From positions 1 to 62,735 of the forward strand of contig DANB01000019.1 of assembly GCA_002497245.1 (NCBI GenBank): a DNA stretch of 62,735 bases, read 5' to 3'. Positions 29,201-38,629 of this stretch are shown piece after piece. Source of the stretch: Euryarchaeota archaeon UBA439 (GTDB lineage: Archaea > Thermoplasmatota > Poseidoniia > Poseidoniales > Thalassarchaeaceae). Within the stretch, counting starts at the first letter, position 1, and each line of letters starts with the position of its first letter. Position numbers and translations under genes: made by a program. The notes below the pieces were generated by a model that saw only the letters and a program-made list of their open reading frames with translations, was not told the DNA's origin and did not search any database.

Positions 29201-31979
29201 AAGATATTCTTGTTCATGGTCTGCAGATGCTGCTGGATTAAATCCTTTGAATGGTTCTGATGCATTGAATAATCCGGACGGTGACGGATACGATATTAAT
29301 CATAATGGTATTTTAGAATTAGAAGAGAGCCTAGTTAACTGGATGGAATTCCATTGGAAATCTGAGATTATTTTTTCTGACAGTACAGATAATGATATTC
29401 CATTCCCTGACAATTTTACTACATTTTTATTCAATGATACTTGGGAAGATTTTGCCGGAGGCTCATTCGGTAAGTATGCTAGTAATAATTACAACAGTCT
29501 AATCAATGCAACCTCTGAAATAGATGTAGGCTCAGGAAATCCACTAAGTTCCGATTCAGATCTAGATGGAATGCCAGATGGTTGGGAGTTTTATCATGCT
29601 AGATGGAGTCTTTTTGATAGCTCATGGACCCTTAATCCGGTTAATGAAAATGACCGTATAGGCGATCCTGATGGGGATGGAATGAATAACTGGGAAGAAT
29701 ATAATGTAATATCTAGTAATCTTTCAGAGATAGATTCTCTAATTACGGTTCCTCAATTTTATCTTCTCTACTTTGGCGGCGAATATCTTCCTAATCCCTG
29801 GTTATCCGCGCAGTCATCCAGTTCTTTCGGTTCATTTTTAACACCTGAACAAATTAATCTTACAGGTTTAACAGCAGATCCTAATAATCCTGATACAGAT
29901 TCAGATGGGTTACTAGATGGTATGGAATTAATCTTCACAAGATGGAACTCAACTGATGAGGTTTGGACTCTCAATCCTCTTGTCCCTAATGACGGAAATT
30001 ATGACTCAGATAATGATGGTATTTCTGATCAGATTGAGCTCAATCTGACACTCAATAATCCATTTAATGGAGGCTTATCTCCTCCGGATGCCCCTAGACT
30101 TTGGGAAGAGGCAGAGTATCTTGATCCTTCTGAGGCAGAAAATAGAGTATATAGAATTCTTTTCAATAAAGAAGGAAGAGCCCAACTCGCCCTTCAGCAA
30201 TTTGCGGATTGGCAAGGAGGAGCCACAGCAAAACCTCTTCTTAAAGCCCTATTTGGTGTCTCTGATCCAACAACAGATGATACAGATAGAGACGGTATGA
30301 GTGATGGTTATGAATATTGGTTCACTGAATGGAATCTTGAAGATAATCGCTGGGAGATGAATCTTCTTACGGGAACTGATATTTCTGTTGATAGTGATGG
30401 TGACTCATATGATTGTAATGGTGATGGAATAATTTCTCCATCCGAATCTTATGACAATTTAGCAGAGTTTGAATCAAGAATATATGGTAAAAAATTAGCA
30501 ATAGATAGCATTCCAAACGGAACAGGTCTCGTTTCATATGGTGCAGATACTGTAAACGCATACATGGATGAGAAATCTATGACCTATTCCTTGGCATTGA
30601 GTCAATTATATGTCACTTTTTCTTCGAAATCAATATCCTCATTCGAGAAATCGGGATTAATTAATCAGATAAATCCTGATAATTTCAATATTAGTTTAGC
30701 GGGAATTAGTGACCCCACAGATTCTGACTCAGACAGGGACGGAATGCCTGATGGTTGGGAATATTGTTTCTCGATATATGGTCAATACTTACCAGTTAAT
30801 GACTATCGATGGTCCATGAACCCCATTAATCCACTTGATGTAAATTACGACCCTGATGAAGATGGTTGGTATGACAGACAGTGGGAAGATGATCCAGCGA
30901 CCCAAGGAAAATGGGAGAATAGACAATTTACATCAGCAAATATGGAAAACCAAATTAGTAATGGAGTACTTCCTTTATTCTTTAGCAATATTATGGAATA
31001 TGAAAACGGGACATTGCCATTGGATTCAGACTCAGATGATGACTCCATGGTCATGAAGCCGGTGTTTACTAACGGTGAAGTTACAGATTACATTCAAGAT
31101 ATGAATCTAAGCGATGGTCGAGAAATTTTCAAGTATGGTACAAATCCTTTAGATAATGATACTGATGGAGATATGATGCCTGACTTCTATGAATACTATA
31201 GAGGGTGGAATGAAACTAATGATAATTGGTCATCTTATCTTAAAATAGAAGTACAATGGGAGCAAATATCTGCAAATAATCTCAAACCAGTTCAAATTTC
31301 TAATAATGTTATTTCACGTCCGATTTTAAACTGGGTTTGGTTTACTCATGATGCAACTGATCCTAATGATGCTGGCCAAGATGCTGATAATGATGGGGGA
31401 TGGGACTGTTCAGGAGGAAATTGTGAATATCAACCTTACAATAATTTCCAAGAATATTATGGTGTGGTAAATGCATCTCTATCTTCTCCAACATTAGTCC
31501 GTCAGTCTTTATTGAATGATTGTTCTGGTAATTATGTTGAAGAATGGTGGCAGCTAAGAGAGTCATTATTAGGAACATGCTCAGGTTCATCAGCTCTAAC
31601 ATCAAATTATTTTAGAATGTATAAAATCAATAATAATGACCAACTATTTGCATTAATTGTCGATGATAATGATTTGGATTATCAATACTTAGATACCACC
31701 GACGACGAGACATTGTGTAACGGGGAATGGGCTGATTCTTACCAGAGATTCGCTGGAGACCAGTATCATTTCCCTAATATCGGCCTTGGAGAGTATGTAT
31801 TTGGTTGGTGGGTTTTAGATATTGACGGAGATCAGATTGCTGATGGAACAGATCCGACAAAATGGGATACCGATGGAGACTGGTTAAATGACTTCTTTGA
31901 AATAGAAGATGACATGTTGGATGGAGTGCGTGGAAATAGTGCTTCACCAATAAGATATGATGATAGAACTACTACCTGA
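26259..31979 (+). CDS. Exported DxDxDG (TSP3-like)/EF-hand-loop repeat protein with an inserted probable beta-propeller
   Basis: Signal peptide; many DSDxDGMPDGWE...NP repeats; a ~380-aa non-repeat insert with LMVGSEYGI, LLIGTDGGL, WIGTSGGL and IVGSKDGT blade-like motifs. Confidence 0.78.
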   Translation: MRRKQTALLMTVLILSSLAFVSQTRPQAPVENVDPGEAAGGGPPVTDEDGDKIPDFHEEILFGEDIILNLGNEIISISGLDSRNGTDNMSDYDRDGASALLEYCWPYTLDRCFTDRVSLTGKPGELTDSGMREWLDPRVADTDGDGLPDGYEIYMCTEGGLGYLNTTNAWTCLWFDPLDPSDMWEDIDRCADFTFGCGDGFDVDRNGIIDDTEKYTNSEEYLFGTPEDWVTERDGLWCFGEINMLNSESCQKSVERQTGDGWLGSDPTESDSDYYSWAEIISVGLAVPGDGIPDGWEVHYGLDPRNASDAIIDSDSDGWDLDRDGYIIPDTSVATSSWGESFSNYEEYMIFYDQGVSVTPGLRSIDLSNTDDSFLTYDQSTSPQLVDASVHTIISDNQRDRLMVGSEYGITILDPFNQVSTMIELPSGLVLNSMMDWSDDDGEYLILLTNQGISIVEIINGIPQIDSSTFEPSDSSISVGSIDEMVVLKTGSGSLDLMLFSGQEAWTTSISGTTMDSLIYLDSISEILSVNAANVNTALHMEMDGRGPLLLIGTDGGLMAWNTTDGSDSVGTPWWVFNRENAEDFVQKADLLNVSKSAIVNILQPAGPKDSSGNFELITGAWIGTSGGLHLIDIGKLISMPVTAFNSERMWNQENWLSGSNDVHSVHTFENQVIVGSKDGTWVLEGGYQGVTGMSENQTFLPGLVTSLTTLESSESIIMFAGISPGNYMNIMPIDPQSTDSDLDGMPDGWEFIHGLDPTDPYDRDRDADADGVLYNPEFGEGIDRSWTNLDEFRFITNSENGFNGTDPRNIDTDGDGLTDGEEYWGWFTESTNFDCHYLNQEYICDELTGSEALSVHLEGWLGSGAGGGTDGPTDPTDTDSDGDGMPDGWEIENRRWIGDVYNGGNLWTLDPRNPNDAQDDADNDGLSNLCEYKWSNLLQTVINEGLPSHGESSDAALNWTATDPNNIDSDGDTLPDGWEARYSCSWSADAAGLNPLNGSDALNNPDGDGYDINHNGILELEESLVNWMEFHWKSEIIFSDSTDNDIPFPDNFTTFLFNDTWEDFAGGSFGKYASNNYNSLINATSEIDVGSGNPLSSDSDLDGMPDGWEFYHARWSLFDSSWTLNPVNENDRIGDPDGDGMNNWEEYNVISSNLSEIDSLITVPQFYLLYFGGEYLPNPWLSAQSSSSFGSFLTPEQINLTGLTADPNNPDTDSDGLLDGMELIFTRWNSTDEVWTLNPLVPNDGNYDSDNDGISDQIELNLTLNNPFNGGLSPPDAPRLWEEAEYLDPSEAENRVYRILFNKEGRAQLALQQFADWQGGATAKPLLKALFGVSDPTTDDTDRDGMSDGYEYWFTEWNLEDNRWEMNLLTGTDISVDSDGDSYDCNGDGIISPSESYDNLAEFESRIYGKKLAIDSIPNGTGLVSYGADTVNAYMDEKSMTYSLALSQLYVTFSSKSISSFEKSGLINQINPDNFNISLAGISDPTDSDSDRDGMPDGWEYCFSIYGQYLPVNDYRWSMNPINPLDVNYDPDEDGWYDRQWEDDPATQGKWENRQFTSANMENQISNGVLPLFFSNIMEYENGTLPLDSDSDDDSMVMKPVFTNGEVTDYIQDMNLSDGREIFKYGTNPLDNDTDGDMMPDFYEYYRGWNETNDNWSSYLKIEVQWEQISANNLKPVQISNNVISRPILNWVWFTHDATDPNDAGQDADNDGGWDCSGGNCEYQPYNNFQEYYGVVNASLSSPTLVRQSLLNDCSGNYVEEWWQLRESLLGTCSGSSALTSNYFRMYKINNNDQLFALIVDDNDLDYQYLDTTDDETLCNGEWADSYQRFAGDQYHFPNIGLGEYVFGWWVLDIDGDQIADGTDPTKWDTDGDWLNDFFEIEDDMLDGVRGNSASPIRYDDRTTT

Positions 31980-32020
31980 TATTCATTGCATTAATTTGCT
32001 CATGTCTTCTCGGTTAGTTT

Positions 32021-32491
32021 ATGGATAGTCAAGGGGAGATGCCATCCCCTACAGATTCTATGGAAGAAAAATTACTTTTTCTTCAGGAAAATTTATCCAA
32101 TTTTGTCAAGCAGTATAGTTTACCAATTATTGAATCTGCATTGGTAATATCAAAATATATCAATATTCTATTAAATGAATTAGAAAAGAAAGCAACTATG
32201 GAGAATGAAATCTTACCTTTAGAAATAACTGAACCAAGAGCAATAATAGAGGGTGTTAAGGCACCCAAGATAGAGGATTTCCCACTCGACAAATTAATGC
32301 AAAATATAGACCAGGATAGAATGGATATTTTTGATACAATAATTAGAACTATAATCAATGGCTCAGAGATACCCTTTGTTAATGCAATTATGTTGTTGAG
32401 AGACTGGGAAGGAATTATACGAACTCAACTTGCCAAATCTACAAGTCCCGGCCATCTTTTCAGTCCATTAGAGTTAGATGATGGCTTTTGA
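32021..32491 (+). CDS. Hypothetical protein with an internally duplicated helical module
   Basis: 156-aa ORF filling the gap between genes, with two similar ~40-aa segments. Confidence 0.6.
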   Translation: MDSQGEMPSPTDSMEEKLLFLQENLSNFVKQYSLPIIESALVISKYINILLNELEKKATMENEILPLEITEPRAIIEGVKAPKIEDFPLDKLMQNIDQDRMDIFDTIIRTIINGSEIPFVNAIMLLRDWEGIIRTQLAKSTSPGHLFSPLELDDGF

Positions 32492-32824
32492 TTATTCATT
32501 TTCTGCTTTTGCTACAATTCTACTTGACACAAAAAACGCATCTCCAATTGACCAGACATATAGCAGAAACCATAAAATTACTGTGAAAAGTAACGGCAAT
32601 TGTATCAAAAACCAACCATTTGCCTTTTCGTGCTGCCGATTAAAATGTTGACCTAAGAAAAGGAAAGGAATCAGAGCTAGTATAATTGTGAACAATGGCC
32701 TTAAAGTCCCCCATGGTCCTATTCCTCCATTAAGTTCACTCCAAATTACTCCTATAACTCCTAATCTGCTTACTTTTTCTTGCTCTTCGTCTTCACTTAT
32801 ATTGACGACAAGCTCTTCAGTCAT
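32492..32824 (-). CDS. Small hypothetical membrane protein (2 TM)
   Basis: ATG start and two hydrophobic stretches; the stop abuts the neighbouring gene's stop. Confidence 0.65.
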   Translation of the reverse strand: MTEELVVNISEDEEQEKVSRLGVIGVIWSELNGGIGPWGTLRPLFTIILALIPFLFLGQHFNRQHEKANGWFLIQLPLLFTVILWFLLYVWSIGDAFFVSSRIVAKAENE

Positions 32825-32908
32825 GCATGTGCTAATAATACCTGAATGATGAAGATAGCGATTATTTGTATGGAAAACACCAACTATCTCCTACTTATGC
32901 AAATTACC

Positions 32909-33901
32909 ATGGGTACTCCAAGTGTGTTAATTACGGGTTATCCAAAGTTCTCAGATTTTAGCAATAATATCTCTGAAAAGATATTATCAATTTTCAAAGA
33001 AATAGATATTTTAGATATAGATATCTCTACTGAATTACTATCTGTTGACGAAGATGGTAGTGATTTAGTTGCAAAAAAAATCAACCTTGGAGATAACTTT
33101 GACGCAATAATTCATTTGGGATTTTCATCTAAATCAGAAAAAATTCGTTTTGAAAAATATGCATATAATGAGTATAGTATGTCCCTATCTGACAATTCTG
33201 GTCGTTGTATTTCTTCTGGCGAAATAATTCAGAATAAAATAACCCGGCATCGTACAAATGTCAATGAAATTGTAATCAATGAAGTCTTTCAAGATGATTC
33301 TCGTGTAGAATGGAGTATTAATCCTGGTCGTTTTGTTTGCAATGAAACTTACTTCAAGACTCTAAATATGATCTATAATAAAAATAATAAAACAAAGGTC
33401 CTTTTTGTTCATTTACCTCCTGAGAATATTCTTAATATCATTGACCAGACAGAAATTATTGAGCGTTTAATTAGATGTATTACTAAACCATATATTGAGG
33501 TAGTAGGGGCGTTAATATTTGATGAAAATGATAGAATCCTATCTTGCAGACGTCCTAAGGAAAAGTCTTGGCCGTCGTGGTGGGAGTTCCCTGGAGGGAA
33601 GGTAGAATTTGGGGAAAATCCCTTTCAGGCCTTATCTAGAGAATTAAAAGAAGAACTTTCATTAAATGTTTCACCATCAAAAATTATTGCAGAGCAATTT
33701 TTTGATTATGAAGATAAATACGTGAGATTAATGGTTCTGAATTGTGGGATAATTGAAGAAGATCAAATCGAGTTAGTTGAACATGATCAAATGAGGTGGC
33801 TGCATAAACATGAATTATTTGAAGTTAATTGGTTACCTGCAGATTTACCAATTATTGAAAAATGGTTTGTTGAAGGTATTCCTAGTCCTCATCAATATTA
33901 A
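32909..33901 (+). CDS. Pyroglutamyl-peptidase I (C15) fused to a MutT-like Nudix hydrolase
   Basis: VLITGY, IIHLG, RFEK (Glu), DNSG, GRFVCNETY (Cys), FVHLP (His); then EVVGALI and the Nudix box WEFPGGKVEFGENPFQALSRELKEEL, plus WLPAD. Start could be upstream (32897, 32846). Confidence 0.85.
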   Translation: MGTPSVLITGYPKFSDFSNNISEKILSIFKEIDILDIDISTELLSVDEDGSDLVAKKINLGDNFDAIIHLGFSSKSEKIRFEKYAYNEYSMSLSDNSGRCISSGEIIQNKITRHRTNVNEIVINEVFQDDSRVEWSINPGRFVCNETYFKTLNMIYNKNNKTKVLFVHLPPENILNIIDQTEIIERLIRCITKPYIEVVGALIFDENDRILSCRRPKEKSWPSWWEFPGGKVEFGENPFQALSRELKEELSLNVSPSKIIAEQFFDYEDKYVRLMVLNCGIIEEDQIELVEHDQMRWLHKHELFEVNWLPADLPIIEKWFVEGIPSPHQY

Positions 33902-34400
33902 TAGTTGGATTCCCTCTTTTGTCAAACCATTCAGTCGGCTCACCGTCGCCCCTCATTGCTAACTCATCTCCTGAGAATCGGGGTATCTCATTTCTTCCTT
34001 CATGCCAAGTTTGTTGTTCCAGCCATATATCTATATCCTCTCCTGAAATATTAATTTTAATCATTCCACCGAGTGTCTTATCATCTAAAACAAAAGAGAC
34101 TTTCCCTGCAATAGCGGCCTGCCTTGAGATGTAAAAGTGGGTTGAATCAGAATCACAATTCAGAGTCATTACGTCCAGTGCTGTATCTAATATTCTTTGT
34201 ATTCTAATCTGATTTAATAGATATTCTAGACTGCAAGATTCACCATGGATTTCTTCTTCTACATTTTCCGTTGGAAATTCTCTTTTTTCAAGATTTTTTT
34301 TAATTTCACAATCGGGGAAAAATATTTTTATTGATTGAATAATCTTTTCCAGATCTTCATATGGTTGGACTATTGAAGAGATTGTAATAACAGGCTCCAT
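33882..34400 (-). CDS. UPF0201/DUF54 archaeal RNA-binding-like protein
   Basis: V.P.ED..KI..SI...FP, IR.QRILDTA, RQAA.AGKVSF and LG..I.I motifs. The real start is probably MEPVIT (34400). Confidence 0.75.
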   Translation of the reverse strand: MEPVITISSIVQPYEDLEKIIQSIKIFFPDCEIKKNLEKREFPTENVEEEIHGESCSLEYLLNQIRIQRILDTALDVMTLNCDSDSTHFYISRQAAIAGKVSFVLDDKTLGGMIKINISGEDIDIWLEQQTWHEGRNEIPRFSGDELAMRGDGEPTEWFDKRGNPTINIDED

Positions 34401-34494
34401 GATTGTCCGCAGTATTCCCCAGTCATGAGTTCTCTGTTTGAATAATCTCTCAAATACACGAATGGTTGAAATTGAATAGTTGCTGAGAAGTGTT

Positions 34495-35247
34495 ATGACA
34501 GAGCGCTCTAGTACCATCTCCGGAGCATTGTTATTGACCCCTACTCTTTGTATAGTTGCATTAAGATATGGTTTACCAGCAATTAACGAAGTAATATCCA
34601 ACGACATAATAATTGAAGGCTCTATTCATATTTTTGCAATTATTATTGGAATTATTATGTTTTCAAGATATAGGGTTATTGAAGACCATGAATATCATCG
34701 CTCTGCAGCAATAAAAAGACTTCGTAAATCATATACTCAAGAAGATAAGGGATTATGGGAGAAATCTGATGGCGCTATCAAAAAACTTGAAGATCAAGCT
34801 TCTGAACAAGTAAAAGGCCGTAAAGGGGCCCTAATTCAAGCTAAGATGTCAGGAACCATTGGATCGTTGAATGCTGAATCATTAGAAAAAGAAGTAGACG
34901 AAGATAAAGAAATTGAAGTAGTTACGCACCATAGAAATATTGGCACAATAATCGATGAAGAAATAATTAATAATAAAACAGAATCATCAAAATCATTCTT
35001 TTCAAAGAGGCTGGAAAGATCTGCTCTTAAGAGACTAGAGAAAAAAAGACTCAAGGCGGAAAAGAGAGAAATGAAGCAAATAAAAAATAAAAATAAGGTA
35101 AAGGGATATACGCAAAATGATGATAATCAATGGGATGTATCTCCAAAAACTAAAACCACTCCAAAAGTTATTTCATGTAAGGAATGCGGAACTCTAAATA
35201 ATTCTCAAAATCCTTACTGTACATCATGTGGGACATACTTATCATGA
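34495..35247 (+). CDS. Membrane protein with a C-terminal zinc ribbon
   Basis: Two N-terminal TM helices, a charged linker, and CKECG...CTSCG at the C-terminus. Confidence 0.7.
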   Translation: MTERSSTISGALLLTPTLCIVALRYGLPAINEVISNDIIIEGSIHIFAIIIGIIMFSRYRVIEDHEYHRSAAIKRLRKSYTQEDKGLWEKSDGAIKKLEDQASEQVKGRKGALIQAKMSGTIGSLNAESLEKEVDEDKEIEVVTHHRNIGTIIDEEIINNKTESSKSFFSKRLERSALKRLEKKRLKAEKREMKQIKNKNKVKGYTQNDDNQWDVSPKTKTTPKVISCKECGTLNNSQNPYCTSCGTYLS

Positions 35248-35298
35248 AAAGAGAATACTTCATAGAGGACCGATAAAAAAATATATTCAGGTGAGATA

Positions 35299-36450
35299 AT
35301 GTCAGTAAAGAAGGATTATTATGAGATTCTCGGAATTAATAGGGATGCTAGTCAATCTGAAATCAAGAAATCATTTCGTAGTTTAGCCCGAAAATATCAC
35401 CCGGATAAGAATCCTGATGACCCCGAGTCCGAATTAAAATTTAAGGAAGTTCAGGAAGCTTATGCAATCCTTTCGAATCCAACTGAGAAGAGAAAATATG
35501 ATACTTATGGCCATAATGGTCCCGGGGGCTCACCTTTTGGACCAGGAGGATTCCAAGGAGTAAATATTAGTGTTGAAGATTTATTTGGCGGAGGTTTTGA
35601 AAGTGTTTTTAGTTCTATTTTTGGTTCTTCAAGTCCTAGAAGAAATAAGAGACAACGAGGTTCGGATTTACTTGTTAGACACACAATACCATTTGAGGCT
35701 TTAATGAATGGTTGTGAAGAATCATTAGAATTTGATGTTTTAAAAACATGTAAAGATTGTAATGGTGTTGGAGCAAAAAACATCGAAGAAGTCCGAGAAT
35801 GTCCTGCTTGTGATGGCCGTGGACGTATACAGAGAGTTGAGAGATTGGGGCCATTTACTCAACAAGTTGTAAGCGATTGCCCATCATGTAAAGGTGAAGG
35901 TAGAATTATTCAGAATCCTTGTCCCAGTTGTAGAGGTGAAGGACGTGCCAATCAAACAAAAAAAGTCCAATTCACAGTCCCTCCTGGTATTGAAAATGGC
36001 CAAAGACTTAGAATGTCTGGTTATGGAGAGTCATCTAAATCAGAAAATGGAGATCCAGGGCACTTGTATATTGAGATAGATGTTGAAGAACATGAATGGT
36101 TTGAAAGAGATGGTGCAGATTTACTAATGGCACTTCCATTAACTTTTACTGATTTGGTACTAGGTACTACTGTGGAGATACCTCATTTAGACGGTGAAAT
36201 CTTGAAAATTAAGATTCCTCCTGGTTCAAAACCCAGTCAAACAATTTCCGTTAAAGGGCGTGGTCTACCGAGCAATAGATCGCGAAATAGTCGTGGCTCG
36301 ATAATGGTGCTTCTTAAATTAGATATTCCGAAAAAGATATCTAGATCCTTCAAGAAAAAATTGATAGATATCAAAGATGAAATGAGCTACTCAAATGAAG
36401 AACTAGAAGATAAAATTCGTAAAGAAGCAAGGTCAAGACGTAATGGTTAG
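35299..36450 (+). CDS. dnaJ: Chaperone DnaJ
   Basis: J-domain with HPD, G/F-rich region, four CxxCxGxG repeats, C-terminal substrate-binding domain. Confidence 0.96.
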   Translation: MSVKKDYYEILGINRDASQSEIKKSFRSLARKYHPDKNPDDPESELKFKEVQEAYAILSNPTEKRKYDTYGHNGPGGSPFGPGGFQGVNISVEDLFGGGFESVFSSIFGSSSPRRNKRQRGSDLLVRHTIPFEALMNGCEESLEFDVLKTCKDCNGVGAKNIEEVRECPACDGRGRIQRVERLGPFTQQVVSDCPSCKGEGRIIQNPCPSCRGEGRANQTKKVQFTVPPGIENGQRLRMSGYGESSKSENGDPGHLYIEIDVEEHEWFERDGADLLMALPLTFTDLVLGTTVEIPHLDGEILKIKIPPGSKPSQTISVKGRGLPSNRSRNSRGSIMVLLKLDIPKKISRSFKKKLIDIKDEMSYSNEELEDKIRKEARSRRNG

Positions 36451-38567
36451 CCCCATTCGATTATTTTATTTGGTGTTGCAGCCAACGGTATTTCTTCAAC
36501 TAATCCGGATAATTCTAGAGCAAGATTAGCAGATTTCCCATCTAACATAATTCTTAGAAATATTTGTGAGTTTTTAGATAATTTATCTAAGAATATTTCG
36601 TCTTCTTTTGAGATATATTTCGGAGAAACATCAATTATCGATAGTTTATTCCCTTCAGGATAATTGAGTCTAATTGATGCAATTTCCCAATCCCAATCCG
36701 ATGTTTTCAAACCAATTAGAAGATTTTTCTTCTTCTCAGATATCTTCCAAGCACAGATTTCAATTTCTTCTGTCATATGTCTTAATTCTGGTTGCCCCCA
36801 TATTTCATTTATTGAATTCCAAGGACTTTCTCCTAGTTGCATCAAAGCAGCATCAATAATTTCGTCGTTGTTATCATTTTCATTTATTTGTTTTGAAATT
36901 CTTTCCCTAATTCGAATCAATTTCTTCCTTTCGTGTAATTGCATTTGTATTGAAGCTTCTCCACGTCGTAAAATAACACCTCTATTCCAGAATAAAACAA
37001 TCATAAGAGGGCTTAACATCAAAACTCCAATCAGGACATAGAAATCATTGAACATCCAAGAAAGGTCCTCATAATCATCAATTTGAGGTTCTTGATATTC
37101 TCCAAGATATTCTAATTTGAATGTATAATCAATTTCAACTTCTGCAGATGCTCTTCTTTCTATTCTTAGTGAATGATTGCCATAGGGCAATACAATCACT
37201 TCTCCATTAGATGTATTTACAAGCGCCCCAGTATTCTGATTTATCTCTTGTATTGTATAGTTTACTTCAGATTTAATTATCTCATTTAGGAAGACTCTAG
37301 AACCATTATTATCAGATATTTTTAATAAAAATATATCTATATTATCTCCGCTATGAAGACTTCCAGATGTCTCTGTATCTAACTGTAATTGATACCATCT
37401 TTCATCAGGCGTATCTATCCATTTAGACTCTGGAGCGTCAGAAAATATCATTCCATCTAAAGGCCTTAATGGTGTGAATGAAAGATTCCACCTAGTGGTT
37501 TCAGTAGATTTTATCCAAATCTCTAATGCCGCTGTATCTCCATTTGTTTCTATTATTTCTGGGCATAATCCGTCATCAGAGGATATATTCTCTTTATTTC
37601 CAAAATAGTCTAATAAATAGAACTCAAAAATAACACCTTCATTACTTGTTGAACAATGCATTGCTAACTTCATATCTGCTCCAATCCCAAATAGAATAGA
37701 GTCACCATTTTGATCAGATTTAGCTATATATGATTCATAATTCCATGAAGTTTCATAAGATAATGCTTCACCATGATTCCAAGGGACTTGTAATTCTCCT
37801 CCATTTCCAGATTCTTTTGACTGATTATTTCGGTACAAATCAAATTTATAAGGATGTATTCCTTCACTAGATGATGAAATAATTCGAATCCATAATTCAC
37901 TTTCTTCTGGATATTCAAATAAATTTTCAGGCTCATTTAGATCATTTGTCACCAATTCTTTGATACTATTATTTCGATACCATAATTCAATTTTCAAATC
38001 ATTATTGCCTATAATATTAGAGATTACAATCACATCACCGGGTTCTCCAAAGATTTGTATGGAATCTTTATCTGAATGATTTTCTAAGATTCCTATAAAT
38101 TCAATATATCTTTGATCTTGTATTGAGTTATCACAATTTCCTAGGAAACAATAATCTTCTGTAATTATTGTATGATATTCCTCTTGATTTCCTGGGGAAG
38201 GAATTGAATCAATTAAATCACTATCTTCAATATTAGACAAATTATTAGACATTATCACATTAATTTCAACGTCATCAATTGTCACTTCAGAACTAGAAAA
38301 TAAACTTACAACTGCTCCTTCATGAAGAAATCCTCCCCATTCTAATTTATGACTATCTTCTAAGTAATATATTTCTCCATCATTATTAATCTCTAGATTT
38401 AATCCCGGACAACTAATTTTCAGGCATGAAACACTGTACCAGAAGGGTCCTTCTAGGACTATATTTTCTTCTATGAGTAAGGTTTCTTCTTCATTTTGTC
38501 CACTAACATTCATGATTCCTGAAATGACAAATAATACTGTCATCAACAGTGCAGCGGTACGTCTCAC
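36447..38567 (-). CDS. Secreted membrane-anchored protein with PPC-like repeats and a cytoplasmic C-terminal domain
   Basis: Signal peptide; repeated G.L...D.D..(I/F) segments; one TM near aa 510-530, then a ~175-aa tail. Confidence 0.6.
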   Translation of the reverse strand: MRRTAALLMTVLFVISGIMNVSGQNEEETLLIEENIVLEGPFWYSVSCLKISCPGLNLEINNDGEIYYLEDSHKLEWGGFLHEGAVVSLFSSSEVTIDDVEINVIMSNNLSNIEDSDLIDSIPSPGNQEEYHTIITEDYCFLGNCDNSIQDQRYIEFIGILENHSDKDSIQIFGEPGDVIVISNIIGNNDLKIELWYRNNSIKELVTNDLNEPENLFEYPEESELWIRIISSSSEGIHPYKFDLYRNNQSKESGNGGELQVPWNHGEALSYETSWNYESYIAKSDQNGDSILFGIGADMKLAMHCSTSNEGVIFEFYLLDYFGNKENISSDDGLCPEIIETNGDTAALEIWIKSTETTRWNLSFTPLRPLDGMIFSDAPESKWIDTPDERWYQLQLDTETSGSLHSGDNIDIFLLKISDNNGSRVFLNEIIKSEVNYTIQEINQNTGALVNTSNGEVIVLPYGNHSLRIERRASAEVEIDYTFKLEYLGEYQEPQIDDYEDLSWMFNDFYVLIGVLMLSPLMIVLFWNRGVILRRGEASIQMQLHERKKLIRIRERISKQINENDNNDEIIDAALMQLGESPWNSINEIWGQPELRHMTEEIEICAWKISEKKKNLLIGLKTSDWDWEIASIRLNYPEGNKLSIIDVSPKYISKEDEIFLDKLSKNSQIFLRIMLDGKSANLALELSGLVEEIPLAATPNKIIEWG

Positions 38568-38629
38568 GTCTCTTCGGACACGGCCTCCTCTTAGAATCCT
38601 TCAAGCGAAATGCTTCGTCCGCAGTATGT

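Noticed and set aside
1-31979. Recurrent GATGGAATGCC(A/T/C)GATGGTTGGGA DNA repeats as a CRISPR array or DGR template
   Set aside because: They are in-frame codons for DGMPDGWE with synonymous variation and irregular spacing; no cas or reverse transcriptase genes are present.
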